Source of the DNA: Nitrospirota bacterium
GTDB taxonomy: Bacteria; Nitrospirota; Thermodesulfovibrionia; Thermodesulfovibrionales; Dissulfurispiraceae
Length of the DNA: 15,441 bases
NCBI GenBank assembly: GCA_040754455.1
Contig: JBFMCP010000052.1
Span: 1 to 15,441 of the forward strand
Direction: 5' to 3'
The notes below the pieces were generated by a model. That model was not told where the DNA came from. It did not search any database and saw only the letters and a list, made by a program, of their open reading frames with translations. Of the stretch, positions 8,786-15,441 are shown piece by piece. The number at the start of each line of letters is the position of its first letter. The first letter of the stretch is position 1. Position numbers and translations under genes: made by a program.

Positions 8786-9229
8786 ATGAAAATAGAGGAG
8801 TTGGCTCCGGCGGACGGGAGCACGAAAAAAGCGAAGCGGATCGGCCGCGGACGAGGTTCGGGCCACGGCAAGACAGCCACCAAAGGGCATAAAGGACAGA
8901 AAGCGCGCTCCGGCGGCCCCAAAGGGCCTGCCTTTGAGGGAGGACAGACACCGCTCCAGAGGAGACTTCCGAAAAAAGGGTTCAAGAACAGGCCCTTTAA
9001 AAAGGAGTATGCAGTGATCAATCTCGAGACGCTGGTAAAGATAGCGGGCAGCGATACGATTACTCCTGAGCTGCTCCTCGAGAAGAAAATCATTAAAGAC
9101 ATCAAGGACGGCCTCAAAGTGCTCGGTACCGGCACGATCGGTAAGCCCTTGACCGTAAAGGCACACGCCTTCAGCGCGTCTGCAGCTGAGAAGATCGCAG
9201 CAGCGGGCGGCACAGCCGAGGTGCTCTAA
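8786..9229 (+). CDS. rplO: 50S ribosomal protein L15 (uL15)
   Basis: [24 protein letters not shown]...[14 protein letters not shown]. Confidence 0.98.
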   Translation: MKIEELAPADGSTKKAKRIGRGRGSGHGKTATKGHKGQKARSGGPKGPAFEGGQTPLQRRLPKKGFKNRPFKKEYAVINLETLVKIAGSDTITPELLLEKKIIKDIKDGLKVLGTGTIGKPLTVKAHAFSASAAEKIAAAGGTAEVL

Positions 9230-9230
9230 A

Positions 9231-10538
9231 TTGGGCCTCCTGAGCAGTATCCAGAACATCTTCAAGATCCCCGAGCTCAAAAACAGAGTGCTCTTCACCC
9301 TGAGTATGCTCGCCGTGTACCGGATCGGCGCACACATCCCCACTCCGGGTATTAACAGCGAGGCATTGAGCAGGTTCCTTACGGAAAAGGGCGGCGCTAT
9401 GATGGGCTTCTTTGATATGTTCTCGGGAGGAGCTCTTTCCCGTGTCACGATTTTTGCCCTCGGCATTATGCCCTATATCAGTGCATCGATTATTTTCCAA
9501 CTGCTTACGGTCGTAATTCCAGCACTTGGCAAGATCGCCAAAGAGGGTGAGGCAGGCAGGAAGAAAATCGTAAAATATACCCGGTATGCAACGGTTGTTA
9601 TCGCGGCGATCCAGTCCTTCGGTATCGCTGTGGGGCTCGAGGGCATGCAGGGCGGGCAGTTTATTCAGAATCCCGGTTGGTCTTTCAGGTTGCTCACTAT
9701 GATCACCCTCACTTCAGGCACTGCCTTCCTCATGTGGCTTGGCGAGCAGATCACTGAACGGGGTATCGGCAATGGTATTTCCCTGATCATCTTTGCCGGT
9801 ATCGTGGCACGTTTTCCCAATGCGGTGCTCAGTACGTTCAGCCTCGTGCGTGCCGGTGAGCTCTCTATTTTCTTCGTGCTCTTGCTGGTGGTGATCATGG
9901 TTGCTACCATAGCCGGTATCATCTTTATCGAACGGGGGCAGAGGAAAATTCCTGTTCAGTATGCGAAGCGGATCGTCGGCAAAAAGATGTTCGGCGGTCA
10001 GAGCACGCATCTGCCGCTCAAGGTAAATACGGCCGGCGTTATCCCGCCGATCTTCGCTTCATCGATTATTATGTTCCCTGCAACAATAGCGGGCTTTATT
10101 GCAATTCCCTGGGTGCAAGCGATTGCACGGCAGCTCTCACCGGGAACCGCGATCTACACGATTCTCTATGTGGGGATGATCTTTTTCTTCAGCTATTTCT
10201 ATACTGCGGTGATTTTCAACCCTGTCGATATTGCGGAGAACCTGCAGAAGCACGGCGGTTTCATTCCGGGCATCAGGCCGGGACAGAAGACCTCTGAATA
10301 CATTTACCGGGTATTGACGAGGCTCACCTTTGTCGGCGCCGTCTATCTCGCTTTTGTGTGCGTTATGCCGGAACTGCTCATTACGAGGTTCAATGTGCCT
10401 TTTTACTTCGGCGGCACCTCGCTCCTGATCGCGATCGGCGTGGCCCTCGATACTGTCTCACAGATCGAATCGCATCTGGTAACAAGATCGTACGAGGGAT
10501 TCCTTAAGAGAGGACGATTAAAGGGCAGAAGAGATTAA
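9231..10538 (+). CDS. secY: Preprotein translocase subunit SecY
   Basis: Multi-TM 435 aa with IFALGIMPYISASII, WLGEQITERGIGNGISLIIF, IPGIRPG, FYFGGTSLLI. TTG start after GAGGTG. Confidence 0.99.
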   Translation: MGLLSSIQNIFKIPELKNRVLFTLSMLAVYRIGAHIPTPGINSEALSRFLTEKGGAMMGFFDMFSGGALSRVTIFALGIMPYISASIIFQLLTVVIPALGKIAKEGEAGRKKIVKYTRYATVVIAAIQSFGIAVGLEGMQGGQFIQNPGWSFRLLTMITLTSGTAFLMWLGEQITERGIGNGISLIIFAGIVARFPNAVLSTFSLVRAGELSIFFVLLLVVIMVATIAGIIFIERGQRKIPVQYAKRIVGKKMFGGQSTHLPLKVNTAGVIPPIFASSIIMFPATIAGFIAIPWVQAIARQLSPGTAIYTILYVGMIFFFSYFYTAVIFNPVDIAENLQKHGGFIPGIRPGQKTSEYIYRVLTRLTFVGAVYLAFVCVMPELLITRFNVPFYFGGTSLLIAIGVALDTVSQIESHLVTRSYEGFLKRGRLKGRRD

Positions 10539-10550
10539 GCAGCAGGCATT

Positions 10551-11300
10551 GTGATCATTATCAAATCACAGAGAGAGATAGCAAAGATCGCCGCTGCATG
10601 CCGGATTGTCGCAGAGATTTTGGAACACCTTACAGCTTTTGTAAAAGCCGGCATATCGACCGCCGATATCGAGACCTTCGTCGACAAGGAAATCAGAAAG
10701 AGGAATGCGATACCGGCGTTCAGGGGATACCGGGGGTATCCTGCCGACACCTGTATCTCGATTAACGATCAGGTGGTCCACGGAATACCTTCGCCGAAGG
10801 TCATCATCAAGAACGGCGATATTATCAGCATTGATCTTGGTGTTGTACTGGATGGCTTCTACGGCGACGGGGCGATTACCATCCCCGTTGGTGATGTAGA
10901 TGATGAGGCGATGCAGTTGATCAGGGTTACCGAGGAGGCGCTCTCCCTCGGTATCCGGAGTGCTGTTGTCGGTAACAGAGTGTCCGATATCTCGGCGGCG
11001 ATCCAGCAGCATGTAGAGGCCCATGGATTTTCGGTGGTCAGGGCCTTTGTAGGGCACGGCATCGGCCAGTCGCTGCATGAGGATCCCCAGGTGCCCAACT
11101 TCGGGAGGCCGGGACAGGGCCCGCGCCTCAAAGAGGGGATGACCCTGGCAATCGAGCCGATGGTGAATGCAGGAGGCGCAGAGGTAAAGATTCTGGACGA
11201 TGGATGGACCGCGGTGACAGCTGACGGAAGCCTGTCGGCCCACTTTGAGCACACCATCGCCATTACAAAGAACGGCCCCAAAATCTTGACTAAACCCTGA
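10551..11300 (+). CDS. map: Methionine aminopeptidase type I
   Basis: [18 protein letters not shown]...[31 protein letters not shown] metal-ligand motifs. GTG start. Confidence 0.98.
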   Translation: MIIIKSQREIAKIAAACRIVAEILEHLTAFVKAGISTADIETFVDKEIRKRNAIPAFRGYRGYPADTCISINDQVVHGIPSPKVIIKNGDIISIDLGVVLDGFYGDGAITIPVGDVDDEAMQLIRVTEEALSLGIRSAVVGNRVSDISAAIQQHVEAHGFSVVRAFVGHGIGQSLHEDPQVPNFGRPGQGPRLKEGMTLAIEPMVNAGGAEVKILDDGWTAVTADGSLSAHFEHTIAITKNGPKILTKP

Positions 11301-11315
11301 TAAGATAGGTATAAT
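11286..11315 (+). promoter_or_regulatory. Putative sigma70 promoter upstream of infA (TTGACT-N18-TATAAT)
   Basis: -35 TTGACT at 11286-11291 (inside the map 3' end) and perfect -10 TATAAT at 11310-11315, 18-nt spacing. Confidence 0.7.
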
Positions 11316-11337
11316 TTTAAGCTTAACTATAAAAACT

Positions 11338-11556
11338 ATGTCAAAAGAAGAAAATATTGAAGTACAAGGGACGATCGTCGAAACCCTGCCGAATGCCATG
11401 TTCAGGGTTGAATTGGAGAACGGGCAGATCATACTTGCGTATGTGTCGGGTAAGATGAGGATGCATTTTATCAAGATACTGCCGGGGGATAAAGTTACCG
11501 TAGAGCTTTCCCCCTATGACCTGACAAAAGGCCGTATAACATACAGGTTTAAATAA
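11338..11556 (+). CDS. infA: Translation initiation factor IF-1
   Basis: [26 protein letters not shown]...[33 protein letters not shown]. Confidence 0.99.
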   Translation: MSKEENIEVQGTIVETLPNAMFRVELENGQIILAYVSGKMRMHFIKILPGDKVTVELSPYDLTKGRITYRFK

Positions 11557-11559
11557 AGA

Positions 11560-11629
11560 GCAAAATTTAAAATGAAAAATTCAAAATTGTGGAACTCCAT
11601 AGTTTTGCATTTTGCTTTTTAAATTTTAA
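11560..11629. repeat. Inverted pair of AT-rich 7-nt arrays (same family as 8144-8219)
   Basis: Left GCAAAAT TTAAAAT GAAAAAT TCAAAAT (11560-11587); core TGTGGA-AC-TCCATA; right GTTTTGC ATTTTGC TTTTTAA ATTTTAA (11602-11629). Confidence 0.88.
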
Positions 11630-11641
11630 TTTGGAGGAGAT

Positions 11642-11755
11642 ATGAAGGTAAGGCCTTCGGTAAAGCCGATATGCGCAAAGTGCAAGGTCGTAAAGAGAAA
11701 GGGCGTCATACGCGTCCTCTGTGAAAACCCGCGGCATAAGCAGCGGCAGGGATAA
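11642..11755 (+). CDS. rpmJ: 50S ribosomal protein L36 (bL36), zinc-ribbon type; missing from the ORF track
   Basis: Manual translation [37 protein letters not shown] (37 aa). SD GGAGG at 11633. Confidence 0.98.
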   Translation: MKVRPSVKPICAKCKVVKRKGVIRVLCENPRHKQRQG

Positions 11756-11756
11756 G

Positions 11757-11830
11757 AATAGTTTATGGTGCATCGTTCGTAGTTCACCGTGTATGGGTGG
11801 CGATGAACAATGAACGGTGGGCGGTGAACA
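11757..11830. repeat. Inverted pair of 7-nt arrays (GTTCATN / ATGAACN family, same as 2871-2928)
   Basis: Left AATAGTT TATGGTG CATCGTT CGTAGTT CACCGTG; right ATGAACA ATGAACG GTGGGCG GTGAACA (11803-11830). Shares GAACAATGAACGGTG with the rplB-rpsS spacer. Confidence 0.85.
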
Positions 11831-11858
11831 ATACTACGGATATAAAAGGAGTGCGAGA

Positions 11859-12224
11859 ATGGCGAGAATAGCTGGTGTCGACCTGCCCAAGAACGAGCGT
11901 GTAGAGATAGGGCTGACCCGCATCTTTGGTATCGGGAGGGCTCTGTCGAATCAGATATTGAAAGAGGTGAACGTCAACCCTGATACGAGGGTGAAAAACC
12001 TCACCGATGAGGACGTCGTAAAGATCAGGGGACGCATCGAGAAGGACTTCAAGGTCGAGGGTGATCTCAGGAGAGAGATCGCCATGAATGTGAAGCGGCT
12101 TACCGATATAGGCTCCTACAGGGGGTTGCGCCACGCGGCGCACCTGCCGGTACACGGGCAGCGCACTAAGACCAATGCAAGGACTCGCAAGGGACCGAGA
12201 AAGCTTGTCATCAAGAAAAAGTAG
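11859..12224 (+). CDS. rpsM: 30S ribosomal protein S13 (uS13)
   Basis: [10 protein letters not shown]...LTRIFGIG...EGDLRRE...YRGLRH...[20 protein letters not shown] at 11859 after AAGGAG. Confidence 0.98.
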   Translation: MARIAGVDLPKNERVEIGLTRIFGIGRALSNQILKEVNVNPDTRVKNLTDEDVVKIRGRIEKDFKVEGDLRREIAMNVKRLTDIGSYRGLRHAAHLPVHGQRTKTNARTRKGPRKLVIKKK

Positions 12225-12245
12225 CTAAGGAGGAGTACTACGGAC

Positions 12246-12632
12246 ATGGCGCAGAAAAAGAGAGTCGGTAAAAAGGTAAAGAAGCACATACAGGTAGGCA
12301 CTGCTCATATACAGACTACTTTTAACAATACGATCGTGACGATTACCGATGCGGTCGGCAATGTCATTGCATGGTCGAGCGCCGGGAGCCTTGGCTTCAA
12401 GGGGTCCCGGAAAGGCACTCCCTTTGCAGCGCAGATGGCTTCGGAAACCGCAGCAAAGAAGGCGATGGAGACAGGCCTGAAGCAGGTCGATGTTTTCGTA
12501 AAAGGTCCCGGTGCAGGCAGGGAGACGGCGATCCGTGCCCTGCAGGCGGCGGGGCTGGAAATAACGCTTATCAAAGATGTTACTCCGGTGCCGCACAACG
12601 GGTGCAGGCCGCCGAAAAGGAGGAGAGTATAA
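12246..12632 (+). CDS. rpsK: 30S ribosomal protein S11 (uS11)
   Basis: [16 protein letters not shown]...[14 protein letters not shown]...GPGAGRE...[18 protein letters not shown]. Confidence 0.99.
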   Translation: MAQKKRVGKKVKKHIQVGTAHIQTTFNNTIVTITDAVGNVIAWSSAGSLGFKGSRKGTPFAAQMASETAAKKAMETGLKQVDVFVKGPGAGRETAIRALQAAGLEITLIKDVTPVPHNGCRPPKRRRV

Positions 12633-13259
12633 ATGGCACGTTATACGGGACCGCTGTGTCGACTGTGCAGGAGAGAGGGTGAAAAGCTCTTCCTGAAAGG
12701 CACCCGCTGCTATACCGAGAAGTGCGCAGTGGAGCGGAGAAAGTATCCTCCGGGACAGCATGGTCAGAACAGGGGAAAACTCTCTGACTACGGAATGCAG
12801 TTGAGAGAGAAGCAGAAGGCAAGAAGAATCTACTGGATAATGGAGAATCAGTTCCGTAATTACTTTGAGAAGGCCTCCAGTATGAAGGGGATCACCGGCG
12901 AAGTGCTCCTCCAGATGCTGGAGCGGCGCATTGATAACGCCGTCTACCGCATGGGATTCGCCCTCAACAGGAGAGAGGCGCGCCAGCTCGTCAGACACGG
13001 ACACTTTCTCGTCAACGGGAAGAAGGTCGATATCCCCTCCTATCTGCTGAAACCGGGTGATATGGTCCAGGTTAGTGAGGCGAGCAAGGAGCTGCAGGCG
13101 ATCGCCGATAGCCTTTCGATGGCCGAGCACCGCGGATTCCCGGGTTGGGTGGAGGTCGAGCCCCAGAACCTGAGAGGAAAGTTTGTCAGAGTCCCTTCGA
13201 GGGACGAGATGCAGCTGCCGGTAGCGGAACAGCTCATCGTCGAACTTTACTCAAAGTAG
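12633..13259 (+). CDS. rpsD: 30S ribosomal protein S4 (uS4), zinc-binding type
   Basis: [24 protein letters not shown]...KC...PPGQHG...SDYG.QLREKQK...IVELYSK. Confidence 0.99.
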   Translation: MARYTGPLCRLCRREGEKLFLKGTRCYTEKCAVERRKYPPGQHGQNRGKLSDYGMQLREKQKARRIYWIMENQFRNYFEKASSMKGITGEVLLQMLERRIDNAVYRMGFALNRREARQLVRHGHFLVNGKKVDIPSYLLKPGDMVQVSEASKELQAIADSLSMAEHRGFPGWVEVEPQNLRGKFVRVPSRDEMQLPVAEQLIVELYSK

Positions 13260-13346
13260 TCAGTGGGCAACTTCCGGGCCGTGCTCCGAGGAGCGGTGCC
13301 GGGATTCTCTTGAGAATAAATACAGAAAGGCATAGGAGACCGTACT

Positions 13347-14348
13347 ATGGATCTTGTTAAAAAGGGCTTTCAGCTGCCGAAGAAGATCAATTTTGATGAA
13401 GAGACCCTTACCGAGAGTTATGGGAAACTGGTCGTCGAGCCCCTTGAGCGCGGCTTCGGCACCACGATCGGCAACTCGCTGCGGAGGGTTTTACTTTCTT
13501 CCATAGAGGGCGCTGCAATTACGGGGTTCAGGATACCCGGAGTGCTGCATGAATTTTCGGCGATAAAATCGGTGAAAGAGGATGTCGTTGATATCGTCCT
13601 GAATATAAAGAAGCTGCGCTTCAGGGTACATGGCGACGAAAGCCGGACCATCACCGTTAAGGCGAAGGGCCCCAAAGTGGTCACCGGCGCCGATATCGAG
13701 ACCGATGCCAATGTGGAAGTGCTGAACAAGGACTGCTATATCGCATCCGTCGACAACAACATGACCCTCGAGATGGAGATGTATGTGAAGAAAGGCAGGG
13801 GCTATGTGCCTGCCGAATTCAATAAAGAGGAAAATCTGCCTGTCGATGTCATTGCCGTGGACTCTGTCTTCAGCCCGATCAAGAAGGTGAACTTCTGGGT
13901 GGAGAAGGCCAGGGTCGGCAGGTCGACCGATTACGACCGCCTCATTATGGAAGTATGGACCGACGGCGGCATCAGCCCTGAAAAAGCGGTCAGCGATGCG
14001 GCGTCGATCCTCATGGACCACCTCGATCTTTTCATATTCGTCGAGGAGCCCGAGGAAACGGAAGAATCCTCACACGCCGCCTCTCCGGTAACCGCCACTC
14101 CGGCCATGAACGAGCATCTGCTCAAGAGCATTGATGAACTGGAGCTCTCGGTGCGGGCATATAATTGCCTCAAGAACGCCAACATCAAGACCCTTGGCGA
14201 CCTTGTGCAGAGGACGGAGCACGAGATGCTCAAAACAAAGAACTTCGGCCGCAAATCCCTGAACGAGATAAAGGACATCCTGACCTCGATGGGCCTGAGC
14301 TTCGGCATGAAAGTCGATATGAACGAAATAGAAGGCAGTATAAAGTAG
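13347..14348 (+). CDS. rpoA: DNA-directed RNA polymerase subunit alpha
   Basis: EPLERGFGTTIGNSLRRVLLSSIEG, VLHEFS, alpha-CTD ELELSVRAYNCLK...KTKNFGRKSLNEIK. Confidence 0.99.
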   Translation: MDLVKKGFQLPKKINFDEETLTESYGKLVVEPLERGFGTTIGNSLRRVLLSSIEGAAITGFRIPGVLHEFSAIKSVKEDVVDIVLNIKKLRFRVHGDESRTITVKAKGPKVVTGADIETDANVEVLNKDCYIASVDNNMTLEMEMYVKKGRGYVPAEFNKEENLPVDVIAVDSVFSPIKKVNFWVEKARVGRSTDYDRLIMEVWTDGGISPEKAVSDAASILMDHLDLFIFVEEPEETEESSHAASPVTATPAMNEHLLKSIDELELSVRAYNCLKNANIKTLGDLVQRTEHEMLKTKNFGRKSLNEIKDILTSMGLSFGMKVDMNEIEGSIK

Positions 14349-14375
14349 AAATCCTAGAGGAGGTAGAGGCGTACC

Positions 14376-14786
14376 ATGCGTCATAAAGTAGCAGGAAGAC
14401 ACTTCGGAAGAACGGCGAACCAGAGGAAAGCGTTGCTGCGCGGCCTCGTTGCATCCCTCTTCGAGCACCAGAGAATAGAGACGACCGTTGCCCGGGCGAA
14501 GGCCATCAAGGGGATCGCTGAAAAGCTCGTCACCTTCGGCAAGCAGGGCGATGTCCATTCAAAGAGAATGGTCATGTCCTACATCCCCAACAGGGCGGTG
14601 GTGGCGAAGCTCTTCTCCGAGATCGCACCGCGCTTTGCGGACAAAAACGGCGGCTATCTGAGGATTGTCCAGACACGGCAAAGGGTCAATGACCGCGCCC
14701 CCATGGCGATCATCGAGTTCGTCGATTACGAGCAGAGTGTAAAGGCCAAGGCTGCAGAGAAGACCGAGAAGAAGGAGAGCACGTAG
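14376..14786 (+). CDS. rplQ: 50S ribosomal protein L17 (bL17)
   Basis: MRHKVAGRHFGRTANQRKALLR...IETTVARAK...GGYLRI...D.APMAIIE. SD GAGGAGG. Confidence 0.98.
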   Translation: MRHKVAGRHFGRTANQRKALLRGLVASLFEHQRIETTVARAKAIKGIAEKLVTFGKQGDVHSKRMVMSYIPNRAVVAKLFSEIAPRFADKNGGYLRIVQTRQRVNDRAPMAIIEFVDYEQSVKAKAAEKTEKKEST

Positions 14787-14920
14787 TGAACGATCTCCTG
14801 CTCGGAGCGATTATCCTCGTCGTCTGGATCGTGCTGCAGGTCTTTGTCTTCCCCCGCATCGGCGTGCCCACCTGAGGCGTGCCGCCCAAGGGTCCGGGGG
14901 ACTCTAAGAAGTGTAAGTAA
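14786..14920 (+). CDS. Small single-pass membrane protein; 29 aa if TGA is a stop, or a 44-aa candidate selenoprotein if TGA(14873-14875)=Sec
   Basis: GTG overlaps the rplQ stop (TAGTG), SD AAGGAG at 14772-14777. Translation MNDLLLGAIILVVWIVLQVFVFPRIGVPT-(TGA)-GVPPKGPGDSKKCK-TAA. Hydrophobic helix at about residues 4-22. Hairpin 13 nt after the TGA. Confidence 0.6.
14889..14905 (+). promoter_or_regulatory. Candidate bacterial SECIS hairpin
   Basis: AGGGTCC-GGG-GGACTCT: 7-bp stem with one G-U pair and a G-rich apical loop about 20 nt downstream of the in-frame TGA. Confidence 0.45.
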
Positions 14921-14943
14921 GAGTAAATAACATAAAGCAAATG

Positions 14944-14976
14944 AAAGGGATTCGCGAAAAGCGAGTCCCTTTTTTA
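14944..14976 (+). terminator. Rho-independent terminator closing the ribosomal superoperon
   Basis: AAAGGGATTCGC-GAAAA-GCGAGTCCCTTT stem-loop followed by a T-run. An A-rich 5' side may allow bidirectional use. Confidence 0.88.
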
Positions 14977-15030
14977 TTATCCCTTCCTCAAGCAATTCAG
15001 ATTTTCAGGAGTGCCAAGAACTTTGAAAAG

Positions 15031-15441
15031 GGGACTGTCTCGCCAACTGTGTAAATCAGTTTCCTCATAACAGCCTGTCCTCGAAGAGGACGACGAGCTG
15101 TGCATAGATTATAGCCCAATCCTTGATAGGTTTGCTCCATTTCCTTTCAAGCTCAAGCGCAGCCATGTAGAGGGACTTCAGCACCGCCTCGTCCGAGGGG
15201 AAGGCCCGGCGGGCATCTGTGACCTTCCTGAACTTGCTGTTAACGCTTTCGATGATGTTGGTGGTGTACATGACCTTCCGGATCTCCACCGGGTAGCGGA
15301 AGAAGGTCGTGAGAGGGTCCCAGTTCGCCCGCCAGGATTTTACGACGTGGGGATACTGCCGGAGCCAGCGCTGCTCGAACCTCTGCATCTGCGACTCGGC
15401 CTCTCCGAGGGGCGCAGCCCCATAGACGGCCTTGAGGTCTG
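15031..15441 (-). mobile_element. IS256-family insertion sequence, distal end (truncated by window)
   Basis: Transposase C-terminus plus a probable terminal inverted repeat GGGACTGTCTCGCCAACTGTGTAAA at about 15031-15055, just past the transposase stop. The other end is outside the window, so the IR and target duplication cannot be confirmed. Confidence 0.85.
15065..15441 (-). CDS. IS256-family (Mutator-like) transposase, C-terminal part
   Basis: Open frame to the window edge: DLKAVYGAAP...QRFEQRW...YPHVVKSW..NWD.LTTFFRYP.EIRKVMYTTNIIESVNSKFRK...RRAFPSDEAVLKSLY. YTTN.IES.N and FP motifs are typical of IS256. Confidence 0.93.
   Translation of the reverse strand, partial: DLKAVYGAAPLGEAESQMQRFEQRWLRQYPHVVKSWRANWDPLTTFFRYPVEIRKVMYTTNIIESVNSKFRKVTDARRAFPSDEAVLKSLYMAALELERKWSKPIKDWAIIYAQLVVLFEDRLL

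Noticed and set aside
8279..9466. 395-aa minus-strand ORF, and similar long antisense ORFs at 447-1139, 6098-6922, 7195-7896, 10566-11474 and 12225-13130
   Set aside because: They lie antisense to unambiguous conserved genes and have no recognisable motifs. They are shadow ORFs caused by the codon bias of the sense genes.
2864..11858. CRISPR interpretation of the spacer repeats
   Set aside because: Units are about 7 nt, directly tandem and degenerate, with no 23-47 nt repeats separated by unique spacers and no cas genes in the window.
97..11858. ORF-track N-terminal extensions of rpsJ (97), rplW (1613), rplF (7144), rplR (7774) and rpsM (11817)
   Set aside because: They overlap upstream genes or repeats. 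Downstream starts match the known protein N-termini and, except for rpsJ (coupled to tuf), have well-spaced SD sequences.
13253..13272. Possible further heptamer relic (AAGTAGT CAGTGGG CAAC) at the rpsD stop
   Set aside because: Only two loose units and no partner arm, which cannot be distinguished from chance.
14866..14882. Similarity of CCACCTGAGGCG around the candidate Sec codon to the reverse complement of the 7746-7764 palindrome (CCGCCTGAGGCG)
   Set aside because: The match is short and the palindrome is not intact here, so it is probably coincidental. It is kept as a caveat, because a decayed repeat would be an alternative origin for the TGA.
14710..14995. Minus-strand ORFs 14710-14940 and 14726-14995 downstream of rplQ
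   Set aside because: They overlap rplQ antisense, one crosses the terminator, and they have no recognisable features. The + strand coupled small ORF explains the region better.

Overview
This is a core ribosomal-protein superoperon on the + strand. It runs from the 3' end of tuf through the S10 block (rpsJ-rplC-D-W-B-rpsS-rplV-rpsC-rplP-rpmC-rpsQ), the spc block (rplN-X-E-rpsZ/N-rpsH-rplF-R-rpsE-rplO-secY), map-infA-rpmJ and the alpha block (rpsM-K-D-rpoA-rplQ). It ends at an intrinsic terminator, followed by the distal end of an IS256-family element on the - strand. Gene content and style suggest an anaerobic Gram-negative lineage, possibly Nitrospirota/Thermodesulfovibrionia-like (inference only). 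Two features are not explained by the standard annotation. (1) An unannotated small membrane-protein ORF is translationally coupled to rplQ and lies inside the terminator boundary. It has an in-frame TGA followed by a SECIS-like hairpin, making it a candidate 44-aa selenoprotein. (2) Seven of the nine intergenic spacers longer than 50 nt between tuf and rplQ carry degenerate ~7-nt tandem repeats. Six are arranged as array / loop / reverse-complement array just upstream of the next Shine-Dalgarno, and they fall into several sequence families, two of which recur at distant spacers. Also noted: rpmD and adk are absent from their usual positions, and a near-consensus sigma70 promoter precedes an SD-less infA.
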